A stretch of DNA of 64,000 nucleotides from the human T2T-CHM13v2.0 reference genome, Homo sapiens: the NCBI RefSeq assembly GCF_009914755.1, contig NC_060926.1, one strand, 5' to 3'. Shown piece by piece: positions 1-24,046 of the stretch (position 1 is the stretch's first letter; each line of letters begins with the position of its first letter). The translations under genes were made by a program, and so were the position numbers. Under the pieces are notes generated by a model that had not been told where the DNA came from, made no database searches, and was given only the letters and a program-made list of their open reading frames with translations.

Positions 1-51
1 AGCAAGACTGGCTCTGGAAGAAGCCACGAAACAAGCCCAGGAACAAGCCAG
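1..51 (+). CDS. KIAA2012: 3' part of an internal coding exon of a plus-strand gene (ARLALEEATKQAQEQA-R), probably KIAA2012
   Basis: Open frame from base 2 with a coiled-coil-like translation. Ends CAG|GTACTG (donor GT at 52-53) in phase 2, which matches the exon at 5461 (AG+G=Arg). The symbol is inferred from recalled synteny with SUMO1. Confidence 0.7.
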
Positions 52-244
52 GTACTGGATATTTGGGCAACAGTTGCCATAGGGGGATGGTTCAAGGGCT
101 TCACTGTCCAGTGCTAGTGCTAGCTTTGCACTGCCTTTAGACAAGAAAAGTCCCCCCACCCCCAGCATGGCTTGGAAGACTGAAAGGCATAGAGGGATTC
201 TTTTGCTGCAAATGTCAAGGATTCCTTTGTAGCTTAATGAAGTT

Positions 245-410
245 GTAATGAATCTACAAGGGAGTTTGGAGATATCTACGTCAACCCCCTAGTTTATAGA
301 TGAAAAAAGCAAGTCCCAAAGAGGGAAAGGATCTTGATCACAGACAAACAGTGACTTAGGGACAATGCCAAGACCAGATCTAAGACTCCCTGATTTCGAA
401 CCCACTGCCT
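245..410. mobile_element. MIR fragment
   Basis: Resembles the MIR core (ttatagatgaaaaaagcaagtcccaaagagggaaag...); degenerate. Confidence 0.55.
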
Positions 411-414
411 GCCT

Positions 415-1520
<1,106 letters not shown>

Positions 1521-2316
1521 TGTTAGAAGAAAAAGCACAGAATCAAAGTTATCCAGGGCCAGGGGAATTTTCCCCCTTTATTCTCCTACACTAGTGATTA
1601 TCATTGCATCTTTCTGATAATAAAAACTGAGGTATGTATTTCAATTGACTTTTTAAAAGCTAGGTCCTCTATAGTTGCTACATCATGAACTTCCCTTCCT
1701 TAGTGAAAGCAACTAATAATCGTCCCTCTTTAGAACCACCAAAGTTGAAGGGTAAAGAGGCACAACCCCGAAAACCGTGTGATTCCAACGTTAACTGTAA
1801 ATACTTTTCCCCTTGATATTTGTCCACAACTTAAGCTGAATCTAAGATGATAAATACTCTTTAGGGGACCAAAAAGAGAAGGCAGCCAGTGCAACTCAAT
1901 ATCAAGTTTGTCTACTAACCTTGAGTTCTTCCTTCTCTGGACCTTCCTCAGCTGTTAGGTGAATTACAAAATGGATCATTAGGAAAGCCCTGACTCCATT
2001 TCAAAATTATGTATTCCATGTACCATAGAAGCAGAATTAGCTTCCTAAATATTGAGACCACAGGCAAACTATTGGGAGTTCCAACTTTCCACACGAGAAG
2101 AAAACTGACGGTCATCCAAGAGAAATCTGGGCAATTTATAAGGCTAGTCCAAGTAGCTGAAAGCAGAAAACCAAATAACTAAAGGAATGAGGGGAAGAGC
2201 CTCACTCTACCAAGACTCAGGAGAATTTGATACTAACTGGCTTTATTTCATCTTCACTGTGTGACACTGGCCCAGGTACTTTAACTTCTCTGGCCCGTTT
2301 CCTCACCCCAACCCCC

Positions 2317-5183
<2,867 letters not shown>

Positions 5184-5460
5184 CGTTTCCTCATCTCTTA
5201 AATGAGGGAGTCCTTTCCAGCAGTGTAAGAACTGTGAATTATGCCTCTCTTTTTACTTTTCCAGTAGGAGGCTCATGGTACTCCAAACCTTGTATGTAAA
5301 TTTACTAAATGAAGAGTATGATCTTCCACTGAAATCCAAGATCAACAGCCCGAAGTCTAACTGATAATTATTCAAATCTAAAGTTATCTTGCTGGCTTAT
5401 AAGGACAATTTCTAGGGTGTTTAATCATTATTGGAATTGGGGGTGGGGTTGTCTCCTTAG

Positions 5461-5599
5461 GCAAAAAGCTGCTTTGGAGAAACATCTTCATTTCTATCAA
5501 GAACTCCATAAGGAAGCCAGTGGCCTGCAGTGGACACAGAACATTTCCAGACCATGGGTTTACTCTTATTTCCAGTTCCTACAAATACCCAGGCCTTAA
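5461..5599 (+). CDS. KIAA2012: Last coding exon (R-QKAALEKHLHFYQELHKEASGLQWTQNISRPWVYSYFQFLQIPRP*); the exon continues to a donor at 5620
   Basis: Acceptor gtctccttag| ends at 5460, TAA at 5597-5599, GTAAGT at 5620-5625. Phase-compatible with the exon at 1-51. Confidence 0.72.
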
Positions 5600-6509
5600 G
5601 GCTAGAAGAAAACTAAAAAGTAAGTTGGGAGATGGTGAAAGAAAAGGAGAAATTCCCCTTTATAATAAAGTTCTAGGGGCCAGGCACGGTGGCTCATGCA
5701 TGTAATCCCAACACTTTGAGAGGCTGAGGCGGGAGGCTTGCTTGAGGTCAGGAGTTTGAGACCATCCTAGGCAACATAGTGGAAACCTCATCTTTATAAA
5801 AAAACATTTAAATTAGCCAGGCATGGTGGGGTGTGCCTGTAATCCCAGCTACTCAGGAGGCTGAAGGAGGATCACTTGAGCCTAAGACTTCCAGGCTGCA
5901 CTGAGCTATGACGGTGCCACTGTACTGCAGCCTGGGTGACAGAGTGGGACCCTGTCTCTTAAGAAAAAAAAAAAAAGTTCCATTCTGAGCCCAATTAGTT
6001 AGTTCCATTTCATCTGCTTAACCTCAACCCACACCTAAGATATTCTCTACTCTGGAACCTCCATTTCCACCACTCCTCCACAACTCACACATTTTGTTCA
6101 ACCCAACTGAACTCTTCATTCACCTAAATCCTTTATGTCCTTCAGAACCACGTAAATCCAGAAGCCTTGGTGCCTAAAACTGCCCATAATTTCAGTCTGA
6201 AACACTAACGTGGTCTTAGGATAGTCAAAGTATTTCATTTCAGTCAATGTATCTGAAAGAGTTTAGATAAATGAAAATTTTGTAATGCAAAATTTTGTAA
6301 TGCAGAGAAATTTATATATTCAAATATATAAAGAATTTTATTATACATCTCTCTATAAAGCAAAACCACAACCATTTCACCTTAAGAATCTAAAACGTAA
6401 TGTCTATTTAGAACAATGCATATCTGCAACCACTTGAAAAATGTTCATTTCAGCAAAATGAGCTGCTTCGTGAGGCCATTCTCACATCCTCGAAGTATAG
6501 ATTCTAGAG

Positions 6510-6687
6510 CTGCACTGCTGAGTACACAGCACCAGCCGCATGTAGCTATTTAAACTTGTTAAAACATTCTTCAGCCACAACACCCCCATTTCAAGTGCTC
6601 AGTGGTCATGTGTGGTTACCGGCTACTGTATTGGAAAGCACAGATGTAGAATATTTCCATGACAGGAAGTTCTATTGGGCAGCATTA
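6510..6687 (-). mobile_element. MER3 (hAT-Charlie) DNA transposon
   Basis: Matches the recalled MER3 consensus (catttcaagtgctcagtgg...gttctattgggcagc). 8-bp TSD ttctagag at 6502-6509 and 6688-6695. Confidence 0.8.
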
Positions 6688-6773
6688 TTCTAGAGCCCTG
6701 AACATTAATAAATCTTGAGTTTTAGCCCCTGTGCCCTGAAGAATTAACCACCCACAAAAATTTCCCCAGTTGA

Positions 6774-7004
<231 letters not shown>

Positions 7005-7082
7005 TAGCCAGGATGGTCTCGATCTCCTGACCTTGTGATCCGCCTACCTTGGCCTCCCAGAGTGCTGGGATTACAGGCGTGA

Positions 7083-7421
<339 letters not shown>

Positions 7422-8026
7422 TAGATATTTAACATCTCTTTTAATATTTAATAAAATATCCCTTTAACAAAATGAAGAAAGATATTTTTAGCATACAAGT
7501 TATATAAAAGGATGTTATTTAAATCTAGAGCATCTGAACTGAATTTTTTCACAAATTTCTTTTGGCCCTATTCTATACTTAACTGTCCACAGATGAAAAG
7601 CTTAATATTTGCAAGTAATCCCCTCCAATTCCTCATTAATGTTTGTAAGGTATTTGCTTTCTACAGAAATTACACCTTTACAACCCAGAAATCCAACCTA
7701 TTTGTAGTCTGTATTGCTGTTATTAGATGTGCTTAGATTTGATACTTATTTTAACTCCTTTTTTGTAAAAATTAAACAGAAATAAAACAGTCAAACACTA
7801 GATAGTATCAGTCATACTGAACTTAAATATGTCATATAAACGTTTTCTCAAGCTTGTGGACCCTACCTGGACATTCATTCATTCAATCAATTCATTCAAT
7901 ACTACTTAATCAGATAAGAAAGGAGCATCTCAAATAATTCAACCCACAACAGAACAAACACTTGAGGATAACATCCTTGTGGGGGAAATTACCATTGCTG
8001 ACTTTATTTTCTCCCTTTTGTTACAG

Positions 8027-8230
8027 ATTTAGGATGTTGCAGTCAAGCACCAGATAAGAGTGACTTCCCTAAATGTTATTCAAGGTCCCTTCAGAAATCT
8101 GATAATCTGTTAAAATTTTTGTTGTGAAATGCCTATTTTATCAGCACTGCTAACCAGATAAGCACACATTTAAGTTAACCATAGCAGAGTGCAATGCATT
8201 TCGAAAAATCCAAAAAACTAAAAACAAGAA
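8027..8230 (+). other. KIAA2012: Probable terminal non-coding (3'UTR) exon of the plus-strand gene; 3' end approximate
   Basis: Strong acceptor: branch-like gctgac (7997-8002), pyrimidine tract tttattttctcccttttgttacag ending at 8026. Provides a partner for the donor at 5620. No canonical AATAAA close by. Confidence 0.5.
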
Positions 8231-9209
8231 AATTACTTCCCCAGTAGCTAAGTCCCACCAAAATCCTGAGCGTCTTCAGACATTCAGAGACGCAAACAAA
8301 ATTAAGATACCAAACTACAGATTCATAGTTCAAATACCCAATCAGATCTGTTATTCAATCTTGACAGAAATACGCAACTCATGAGGATTTTCTTAAAATG
8401 GGCCTAGTTCCTAGTCACTGTTCAATGAACATAATGATAAATATCAGGTGACAATCTAAAAGCTCTAACTTATACCATACAAATAATTTTTCAGTTAGGG
8501 TCAAACATAAGAATTATAAGATCAAGCCAATCAATCTCTTTCTCAAAAGGTGACTTGAGTAGGTATGTAAGCTATAATAGTTTATAAAATGCATTCAAAG
8601 TGGGTTTTATTTGGTCTTCTCAAGTAGTTAGATGACATTCTATTTGAGATAACATGAAACTGGACTGTATGTATGCATAGATGTAAATTCTGTGATTCAT
8701 TAGCATTAAAAGGAAAAGTTAAGCCCTCTAATAGGAACAAACTAATCTGATATTTTAATTTTACACAAAGTTTAAATATTTAAGATAAAAAGAAATAAGG
8801 CTGGGCCAGGCACGGTGGCTCACGCCTGTAATCCCAGCACTTTGGTAGGTCGAGGCAGGCAGATCACAAGGTTAAGCGATCGAGACCATCCTGGCCAACA
8901 TGGTGAAACCCCATCTCTACTAAAAATACAAAAATTAGCCAGACGTAGTGGCACAGTCCCGAGTAGTCCCAGCTACTCAGGAGGCTGAGGCAGAAGAATC
9001 ACTTGAACCCGGGAGGCAGAGGTTCCAGCGAGCCAAGATCACACCACTGTACTCCAGCCTGGGTGACAGAGTGAGACTCTGTCTCAAAAAAAAAAAAAAA
9101 AAAAAAAAAAAAAGATATAAAGAAATAAAAGGAAAACATAAAATATACCAAACCTTACCACTTTGTACCTTGTTAAAGGAAGAACTGAAATTATCAATAA
9201 AAATCCAGT

Positions 9210-10285
9210 AAGAATTTTTGGCATGCCCATTTATTCAACATGATTAGGTAACTGTATCATATATGCACCATACAGGAATATCAAGTTTTTAAAAAAACAG
9301 AACACTGAGTATTAAAAAGGTATTGTGGCCTTAATTAAATCCTTGATTCAGAAGGCACTTCAGTAACTTTCAGTGCTTCAAAGTCATTAACATCATCACT
9401 GTACAGTAATGAAGAAAAAATTTGTACCATGTGCAATTTCCAGTATTTATGCAAGAAAACCTTATTTTAGGCATTTTTTTCTTTCTATACAATTAAAATA
9501 AAATAAGCATTAGTATGATTTTTACAAATATTGTTTATTTTAATGAAGCTGGTACAGACAATGTCCATTTAAAACCCATATCCCAGGCCAAAAAGTACAA
9601 ATAAAATCAAAAAGAGCAGTGTTCTGTTGTATTCATTTCTGCATGTATAGCTTTATTAATTGCTAATGAAAATTAGAACTTTTCTGGGATCTTCTGACAA
9701 GATTTTTAAAAAATCTTAAAATGCCTTTTCTTCAGTGAAGCCATCTTTGGAGTTAGTCATTACTCTCACCTTATCTGTCATCTTGACTTCAACCTGATAT
9801 TCCTCTTCTTTTGGTCCAGACCCTCAAATTTTAAAAGTAGCTTCAAGTTAAGGAAAGGTCATTTTTCCACAGTTCAGTTCTCTGAAAAACTTCCATCTCC
9901 CACTGAAAGTCACAGTCCAGGAGTGAAGTAATCACATGCTAGAACATCAGGGCCAATTGGAAAGTCATTATGAACACTTGCATTGGTCGATCTTATTTAT
10001 CACCACAAGCCTGAAAATGCAATGTCCTGAAAAAGGTGACCTCTCTGTGCACACGTAATTTTTAAAAAGGAGAGGGTAATATGAAGGGGACTGAGGCTTG
10101 ATCACCAAAAATCAGCACAATGAAAACAAACAATAATGAATAATGAGCACTAGAATTCAAATTACCAGATGTTTCAAAGAGATGGGGTGCCAGTTTTCAA
10201 TTCCGTTTTGAACACCACATTACAAAAGAACTATTTTTAAAAATAAAAAAGGATTGAGGGAAAAGAAAAAAAATAAAAAGAATAT
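9210..10285 (-). other. SUMO1: SUMO1 3'UTR (distal end approximate)
   Basis: Repeat-free AT-rich sequence between the stop codon and the distal AATAAA. Confidence 0.8.
9230..9657 (-). terminator. SUMO1: SUMO1 alternative polyadenylation signals: AATAAA at 9652-9657, ATTAAA/AATAAA at 9534-9544, AATAAA at 9230-9235
   Basis: tttatt hexamers on the plus strand downstream of the stop codon. UGUA elements lie upstream and a U-rich tract downstream of the 9534 site. Confidence 0.75.
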
Positions 10286-10354
10286 CTAAACTGTTGAATG
10301 ACCCCCCGTTTGTTCCTGATAAACTTCAATCACATCTTCTTCCTCCATTCCCAG
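10286..10354 (-). CDS. SUMO1: SUMO1 exon 5 coding part: LGMEEEDVIEVYQEQTGGHSTV*
   Basis: Acceptor AG at 10355-10356 with pyrimidine tract. Diglycine motif plus HSTV propeptide. TAG at 10286-10288. Confidence 0.99.
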   Translation of the reverse strand: MGMEEEDVIEVYQEQTGGHSTV

Positions 10355-11252
10355 CTGTAAGAGGAAAGAAAAATGTTAGACTATAAAAGCAGTTTTTAAA
10401 TTGACTACAATTACGTGGCCACTAATTTAAAAGTGCAAAGAGATCCAAATGTGACCCATACTTACACTCCTCTAATATTAAGAATCCTGTGTTCTTTAAT
10501 CTAAAGAATATAGAGGTGTCTTTCCTTCTGATTCTGTCTATTTAGTTATGCATCTTACTTTCCTGAGTCAATTTCACTTCCCAGTTTATTCGCTATATAA
10601 AACTGAAGTGTTTTTGACAGCCATGTTAAAGAACTTTTAAATCTAATGAAACATGTATTTAATAGTTTAAGTGATAGTTTAATAGGATATATCTAATTTG
10701 GTGTTTGTTTGTTTTTGTTTTTTGAGACAGGGTCTCATTATATTGCCCAGGCTGGAGTACAGTGGCACAATCTCAGCTCACTGCAACCTCAGCCTCCTGG
10801 GCTCAACCTCAGCTCACTGCAACCTCAGCATCCTGGGCTCAACCAATCCTCCCAGCTCAGCCTCCCAAGTAGCTAGCACTACAAGCGTGCGCTACCATAC
10901 CTGGCTACTTTTTCTATTTTTAGTAGAGATGAGGTTTCGCCATGTTGCCCAGGCTGGTCTCAACTCCTGACCTGCAGTGATCCAGCCCGCCTCAGCCTCC
11001 CAAAGTGCTAGGATTGCAGGCGTGGGCCACTGTGCCTGACCAAAAAGTTTTAAATTTTATAGGTAACATTTTTGTGCAGAATTTTAAATATGAAAATAAA
11101 GTATGTTAAGAAATCTAAACATAACACATGTGAATTTAGGATTTTAAAGTGATCAGAATGGCTCTAGTAGTGTTAAGCTATCTTGGTTGTGGAACATATT
11201 TGAATATTTAAATAATTATTAAACATGCTTTTAGGCCAGGTGCAGTGGGTCA

Positions 11253-11552
<300 letters not shown>

Positions 11553-12598
11553 TTAATTGCCCATATAGCATGGTAAATACTGCAAGGAATAAAATTCCAA
11601 GTGTTATTAGAAACCTTCAAAACAGGAAGACAGCATGAGTCCTTGAGCTATAAAGAATATAAAGCTACAAACTTCAAGAAGTACATTAACAGAGACAAGT
11701 GAACAACAGCACAGGAGGGTCACTCCCTAAAGACCTACTGTCTCCCACTGCACCAACATTCCTCTGAAAAAATAATCTCTTAATTACAAGGAATGTGTAA
11801 GGCATGTGTCAGTAAAATGTATTAGATATCTACTGTATGGTCCCAGAGATTATGCCAAGTTAAAGGAAAGTAAAAGATGAGTTTGGAACTTCTTACTGTG
11901 CCAGAAAGTAAGGAAGTGTTCAAGAAGGTGGTGGACACTAAACCTAAGGGGAATATTTGATGAGAAAGGGGATATTCGCATAGTTTCAAAGTGTGTCCCC
12001 TCAAATTACTTAATTGTAACAGGAAAAACAGTTAACTACAAAGTAAAAAAAAAAAAAAAAAAAAGAGACAACACTTAAACTAAGTGATCAAAGCCTGGGC
12101 ACATAGGGAGACTCCATCTCTACAAAAAATTTAAAAGCAGAGCATGGTGGCACATGCCTGTAATCCCAGCTATTCAGGAGGCTGATAGTGATAGGATTGC
12201 TAGAGCCCAGGCATTTGTGGCTGCAGTGAGCTATGACTGCATTCTAGTAGTCATACTAGAAAAACATACTATTTTTTTTTTTTTGAGACAGGGGACTCCT
12301 CGCTCTGTTATCCAGGCTCGTCTCGAACTTTTGGGCTCACTCAAGTGATCCTCCCGCTTCAGCCTCCCAAGCAGCTAGGACTATAGGCGTGCACCACCAA
12401 TCCCAGCTATCAAATGCTGCACAATGTTATTTTATTTTATTTACTTTATTTTTGAGACAGGTTCTCACTCTGTCACCTAGGCTGGAGCACAGTGACATGA
12501 CCAGGGCTCACTGCAGCCTCGACCTCCTGGGCTCAAGTGATCCTTCCACCTCAGCCCCCCAAGTAGCTGGGACTACAAACATGCACCACTAAGCCTAG

Positions 12599-12883
<285 letters not shown>

Positions 12884-12886
12884 TAA

Positions 12887-13075
<189 letters not shown>

Positions 13076-13225
13076 TAGTTATACAGGAGAGTATTACACT
13101 ATTCTCACAATTCAGTAAGTTTGAAATATTTTCAAAATAAAAAGTTAATAACCCTATATTGTTCCCACTATCAGAAATATCAGTAATGTTACTCTGTGTA
13201 TGAAGGGAATCTATGTATACAGATA

Positions 13226-13252
13226 CACACACACATACACACACACACACAC
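13226..13252. repeat. (CA)n microsatellite, interrupted
   Basis: cacacacacatacacacacacacacac. Confidence 0.9.
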
Positions 13253-13766
13253 TACTTTGAGATATCTCTATAGAGGGAAGATGGGTGGAATATAAAAGCA
13301 AAGCAAACTGCTCATAGAATAAAAAAATCAAATGAAGACAGAGAAGCATAAAAAAATAGGGTAAAACAAGATGACAGAGCCAAATATATTAATATACACT
13401 ATGCTTCTGTATTAACATTCTCAAAATAGGTCAAAAATGAAAATCCAGCCATTAATGTTACCATCACCATGAAAGTATACCAGAAATTTACCAAATTTGA
13501 GGAACATTTGTCTATCTTCAAAAAGGATGTAGCATGTGACCTATGACAATTTCAGTACTCATTTTGTTTCTACCACCCTTTTTATTGGCACTTTTAAAGG
13601 CACTATAGGGGAAGTTCAACCCAAAACATTATTTCTTCTCTCCAACAAATGATATGCCATTTAAATCAGAGAATATTCAAGAAAAGGGCAGTTTTAACAC
13701 CAGTGAACCAAACTGCTCAAAGGAGAATTTAAATTTTTTCTTGACTCAGGAGAAAAGTATACTCAC

Positions 13767-13838
13767 TTCTTTTGGAGTATGATTATCAGCAATTCTCTGA
13801 CCCTCAAAGAGAAACCTGAGTGAATTCATTGGAACACC
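13767..13838 (-). CDS. SUMO1: SUMO1 exon 4: [24 protein letters not shown] (72 nt)
   Basis: AG at 13839-13840, GTGAGT donor from 13766, phase 0/0. Confidence 0.99.
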
Positions 13839-14306
13839 CTAAAAAGGTAAAGATAATAATAATGCATACATACACACACAAATATTAGAAAACATAATGG
13901 TAACTTTGATGCACAAAAAGCAAGCATGAAAGCCTTAGAACACTACATAGAAAATAAAATTAGACAAGCTAATTCAATCATAAATACTATATACTGTACT
14001 GAGTAGCAACTATTTGCAAGGCCCTCCCTGTACCAATTCTTTACATACATAATCATAAGTGTTAAACACAACAACCCTGGAAGGTAGGTATTACCACCTT
14101 ATCTTCATGTTACAGCTAGGGAACCTAAGGCTTGGAGCTAGCCAAGAATTTAAGCCCAAACCTGTTTCTAAGCCTATGCTCTTGACCACTACTCGATTCA
14201 CTTTGCCCTAAATCTGTAAGCTAGAATAAAAGATCAGATCAGAAACTGGACGTGCACCCTCACTAGCTTCCAACTATACTGGCGAAATTGGTTTTAAACA
14301 GATTAC

Positions 14307-14681
14307 ATCATAAAATTTGGTAAAGCACAAATGGCTAGCTAGCTAATCTACCATAAACCTGGATGGCATAGATAGCGCAATATTACAAAATATATTAGTA
14401 TACATTTTTCTAATCACTCTTCAACAAAAATAGCTGAAAGGGGAGACGGCTCACTTGAGGTCAGGAGTTTGAGACCAGCCTGGCCAACATTATCATAAAA
14501 TCTGGTAAAGCGCAAATGGCTAGCTAGCTCATCTACCATAAACCTGGATGGCACAGATAGCACCATAAATATTACAAAATATATTAGTATACATTTTTCT
14601 AATCACTCTTCAACAAAAACAGCTGAAAGGGGAGAGACGGCTCACTTGAGGTCAGGAGTTTGAGACCAGCCTGGCCAACAT
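14307..14681 (+). repeat. Tandem duplication of about 185-190 bp (14307-14490 and 14492-14681)
   Basis: Both copies run atcataaaat...gctagctagct...aatcactcttcaacaaaaa...gagaccagcctggccaacat, with a few substitutions and indels. Confidence 0.95.
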
Positions 14682-14738
14682 AATGAAACTCCATCTCTAC
14701 TAAAAATACAAAAATTACGGGGCAGGCGCAGTGATTCA

Positions 14739-15215
<477 letters not shown>

Positions 15216-15284
15216 TCAATTCCCTGGCCTACAGATGGGGGGCGTAGAGACTATATGAATTTTCTTCAGAGTTATGAAAATTAA

Positions 15285-15524
<240 letters not shown>

Positions 15525-15919
15525 TGACCTCATGATCCGCCTGCCTCAGCCTCCCAAAGTGCTGGGATTAGAGGCGTGAGCCACTGTGCCTGGCCAATAA
15601 TGTATCTTAAATACCTATGGCACAGTACACATAATTGAGATTTCAATAAATGTTTCTTTCCCCTGATGAATTTCATCTCAATTTTAACACCCAAAGTTAT
15701 TACAAATGTGAAGTAGTTGAACCCCAATTAATGTGATTTTATTAAGTTAAACAATTAAAATCTACAAAAACAGAAGAGACAAAAATGCTTATTGTTTTAC
15801 TTATCCTAACACCTAGTTTCTCTTTCTTATAATAAGTTTTTTTTATGTGAGTTACAAATTTAAACTGTTAAAAGCAAACCTTCTAAAAATGAAATCTACA
15901 GGCCGGGCACGGTGGCTTA

Positions 15920-16489
<570 letters not shown>

Positions 16490-16817
16490 TGAACTCCTGC
16501 CCTCAGGTGATCCGCCCGCCTCAGCCTCCCAAAGTGCTGGGATTACAGGCATGAGCCACTGCACCCAGCCTATAATTTAATTTAAGACTGATTAAACATA
16601 TATTTCTTGCTTATTAAATCATAATTTCACTTAAACTATATCTTGGTTGTCTCATATTAATTCCAATTACATTTATTTTCAAAACCTATTTTATAAGGCC
16701 AGGCCTGGTGGCTCACGCCTGTAATCCCAGCACTTTGGGAGGCCGAGGTGGGCAGATCACCTGAGGTCGGGAGTTCGAGACCAGCCTGACCAACATGGAG
16801 AAACCCCATCTCTACTA

Positions 16818-17021
<204 letters not shown>

Positions 17022-17368
17022 TTAAATTTAACATATGGCTAAACACTCATGATTAGAAGTACAAAAACAATCCATAGTAATCACCAAAAAATTACTTGCC
17101 TTTTTTGCTATATATACTGGTAAGCCATCAAGACAGAAACATTCATTTGAGCTCGCTTTTACAATTCTGAGTTACTTTTCAAACTAGTTCCCATCTTACG
17201 AATTCAAACTTTAAAATGGGCCACAAGACAAAAAAAGCAGTTAAGCAGGGTACAAGAAATGATAGAGTGTTTTCCTTGAGTTGCTAATGGTGAAAATAAT
17301 AAAACAGGATTTTTCTTCTGACAATCTTCTATAAAAAAAAAAAAATTAACGACAAAGCATTGTACTTA

Positions 17369-17464
<96 letters not shown>

Positions 17465-18069
17465 CTAAGGAGATAAAAAAGAAAAAAATTATCCCTCTTT
17501 GTATAAATCATTTGCTTTACTTGAACCAAACTATTTAATTACACATATAGTGCAAATAGAAACATAAACCTTGTAACCTGTATTTTTCCACCACAATATT
17601 CTTTTTAGCATTCCTAACAGGTTTTCTTAAAACAGTGTAATCATCCTCAAAGTTACTGTATACCCATTACAAAAGAAACCGAGTAAAACAAAGTTAATCA
17701 GTCTTGAGTGTTAAAATTATCAGTATAAGTAAAAGTCTAAGTAAATGCATTCCTTCATTTGCCATTCTATTGTCAAAATAAAAGATGAACTATCGCATCT
17801 TTTATTTATCCCAATAGCAACTCAAAACAAAAAGTCTGTCCCCCCAAGTGAAGTGTCACTGAAGGTGGTCGCCTAGGAGAAAAGCAATTAATTAGATAAT
17901 AATTAATTGTATAAAATTCAATTTTATACAATAAGCGACTGAGAAATTTATTCCTGCCATAAAAAATCACCACATGGGGCTGAGCGCAGTGGCTCAGCGC
18001 AGTGGCTCATGCCTGTAATCCCAGCAATTTGGGAGACCAAGGCAGGCGGATCACAAGGTCAGGAGTTCA

Positions 18070-18375
<306 letters not shown>

Positions 18376-18623
18376 TTATTTTATTCTGCTCAGATTGTGA
18401 AACAAACTATCAGCCAGCCAATCCTCAGAAAAAATACTGTTACTTGCATAATGTAAACTTTCAAAGCCAAACTTCATGACTACATATCACATTCACAAAT
18501 GTGTATTTGCAGAAGCTGCACATTTACAGTATTTTTCTTGTGACTGTAACTATGAAGAAATAAAATTATCTTCACATAGATCATTTCATAAACAGATAAA
18601 ATTCTACAGCAAACCTCATGCTA

Positions 18624-19000
<377 letters not shown>

Positions 19001-19339
19001 TCACTCCTGTAATCCCAACACTTTGGGAGGTCAAGCCGGGCAGATCACGAGGTCAGGAGTTCAAGACCAGCCTGGCCAACATGATGAAACCCTATCTCTA
19101 CTAAAAATATAAAAAATTAGCCGGGTGTGGTGACAGTTGCATGTAATCCCAACTACTCGGGAGGCTGAGGCAGGAGAAGTGCTTGAACCTGGGAGGCGGA
19201 TGTTGCAGTGAGCCGGAAGTACCACTGCACTCCAGCCTGCATGACAGGACAAGGCTCCACATCAAAAAAAAAAAAAAAAAAATTCTCAATATTTTCCCCT
19301 CAAGGGAGAATTTTTTTCCCCTAATTTTGGCCTTGGGAT

Positions 19340-21680
<2,341 letters not shown>

Positions 21681-22486
21681 GAATTTTATCTTTTAAAAGT
21701 TTTCAAAATAAAGCCGGCATGGTGGCTCACACCTGTAATCCCAGAACTCTGGGAGGCCGAGACGGGTGGGGATCACCTGAGGTCAGGAGTTCGAGACCAG
21801 CCTGGCCAACATGGGGAAACCCCGTCTCTACTAAAAATATTTTTTAAAAAAATTAGTCAGGCTTCGTGGCAGGCACCTGTAGTCCCAGCTACTCGGGAGG
21901 CTGAGGCAGGAGAATCACCTGAACCCAGGAGTGAAGGGTGCAGTGAGCCAAGATCACGCCATTGCACTCCAGCCTGCCAACAAGAGCACAACTCCATTTC
22001 AAAATAAAATTTAAATTTAAAAAATTTTGAAAATAAAAAATAAAAGTCTTCAAAATAAGATAATCACAGAAAAATGGGAAAAGGGTATGAACACAATTAA
22101 CAGAAGAATATAAATGTAACAGACCAAAAAAATTATACCTTATTAATAATCAGGTAAATGAAAAATAAACAAAAATGTTTTACCTAGCATATTTGAACAA
22201 AATTTAAAGACTGTTAATATCCCATGTTTGGGAGAATATAGGGAAATGGTACTGTCACACTTCAATAGAAATACCACTGCACTCCATCCTGGGCGAGTCC
22301 ACCCTTCCACCAATTCTCTGTCTTTTGTCCTTTAGAAAACCCACGTAACTATGTAGATTCATTCCTCCAACGGTTGTTAGCTAACCTTAATTAACATTTC
22401 AGAATCAATAAGATACAGACTAGAGCCAGGCGCGGTGGCTCACGCCTGTAATCCCAGCACTTTGGGAGGCCGAGGCTGGCGGATCA

Positions 22487-22787
<301 letters not shown>

Positions 22788-23050
22788 TTAAGGTTGGCCC
22801 TAGCCTTAACACTTAATAGTATTCACTGTATTTGCCCCTGAAGCACACTAACCAAGAAAACATTCCTATTTGGAAAAATTAAGATGATCTAAAACTGCCT
22901 GGCAGAGTAATTTAAAAAACAGTATCGGCCTCTTCTACCTCTAACAGATGCATACACAGTAAATTAAAATGCATACATAGTCATTTTAAAATAATTTGCC
23001 TTAAATAATTTTTTTTCCTGTGAAAAAGTATTCACATTGAAGGGGACTCA

Positions 23051-23167
<117 letters not shown>

Positions 23168-23377
23168 TCAAGATAAAAGTTCCTACATGCTATTTTAATT
23201 ACTCACTTATGAGTATCCATTACTTTCATTCAGGATGCAAAATCTGCACCTGAGAATACAAACAGCATTTCTTTTCCATGCCAGTCAATTAAGAAAAAAA
23301 AATCCTAAGTCAATTACTGTCCCAAACGCCATTCACTAGAAATCAAGAAAGGGGTCTCTTTTATTATAATACCCCAT

Positions 23378-23557
23378 AGTAATGGTCTAAAACTTTACCA
23401 CGCATCAAAATCAGCTGAAGGACGTGTTAAACAAACTGCTGGGCCCAAGACCCAGTTTCTTATTCAGCACATTTGTAGTAGGGATAAGAATCTCTTTCTA
23501 ACAAATTACCAGGTGGTACCGATACTACTGGCCAGAGGAACAACTTGGAAACAACTG
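23378..23557. mobile_element. MER5A-like hAT element
   Basis: gcatcaaaatcagctgaagg...ctgggccc...ttctaacaaattaccaggtg; degenerate terminal inverted repeats. Confidence 0.65.
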
Positions 23558-23696
23558 CCCTATAGCCAGCTCTTACCAGCACAAAGGAAGTTCATCCTCC
23601 ATGAATTTTTAGACAAACTTCTGAATCCAAGATTATCTTCTCACAGCCTATCATGAGGAGTTTACTTTAACTACAAAACTGTACTAAGAAATGTAA

Positions 23697-24046
<350 letters not shown>

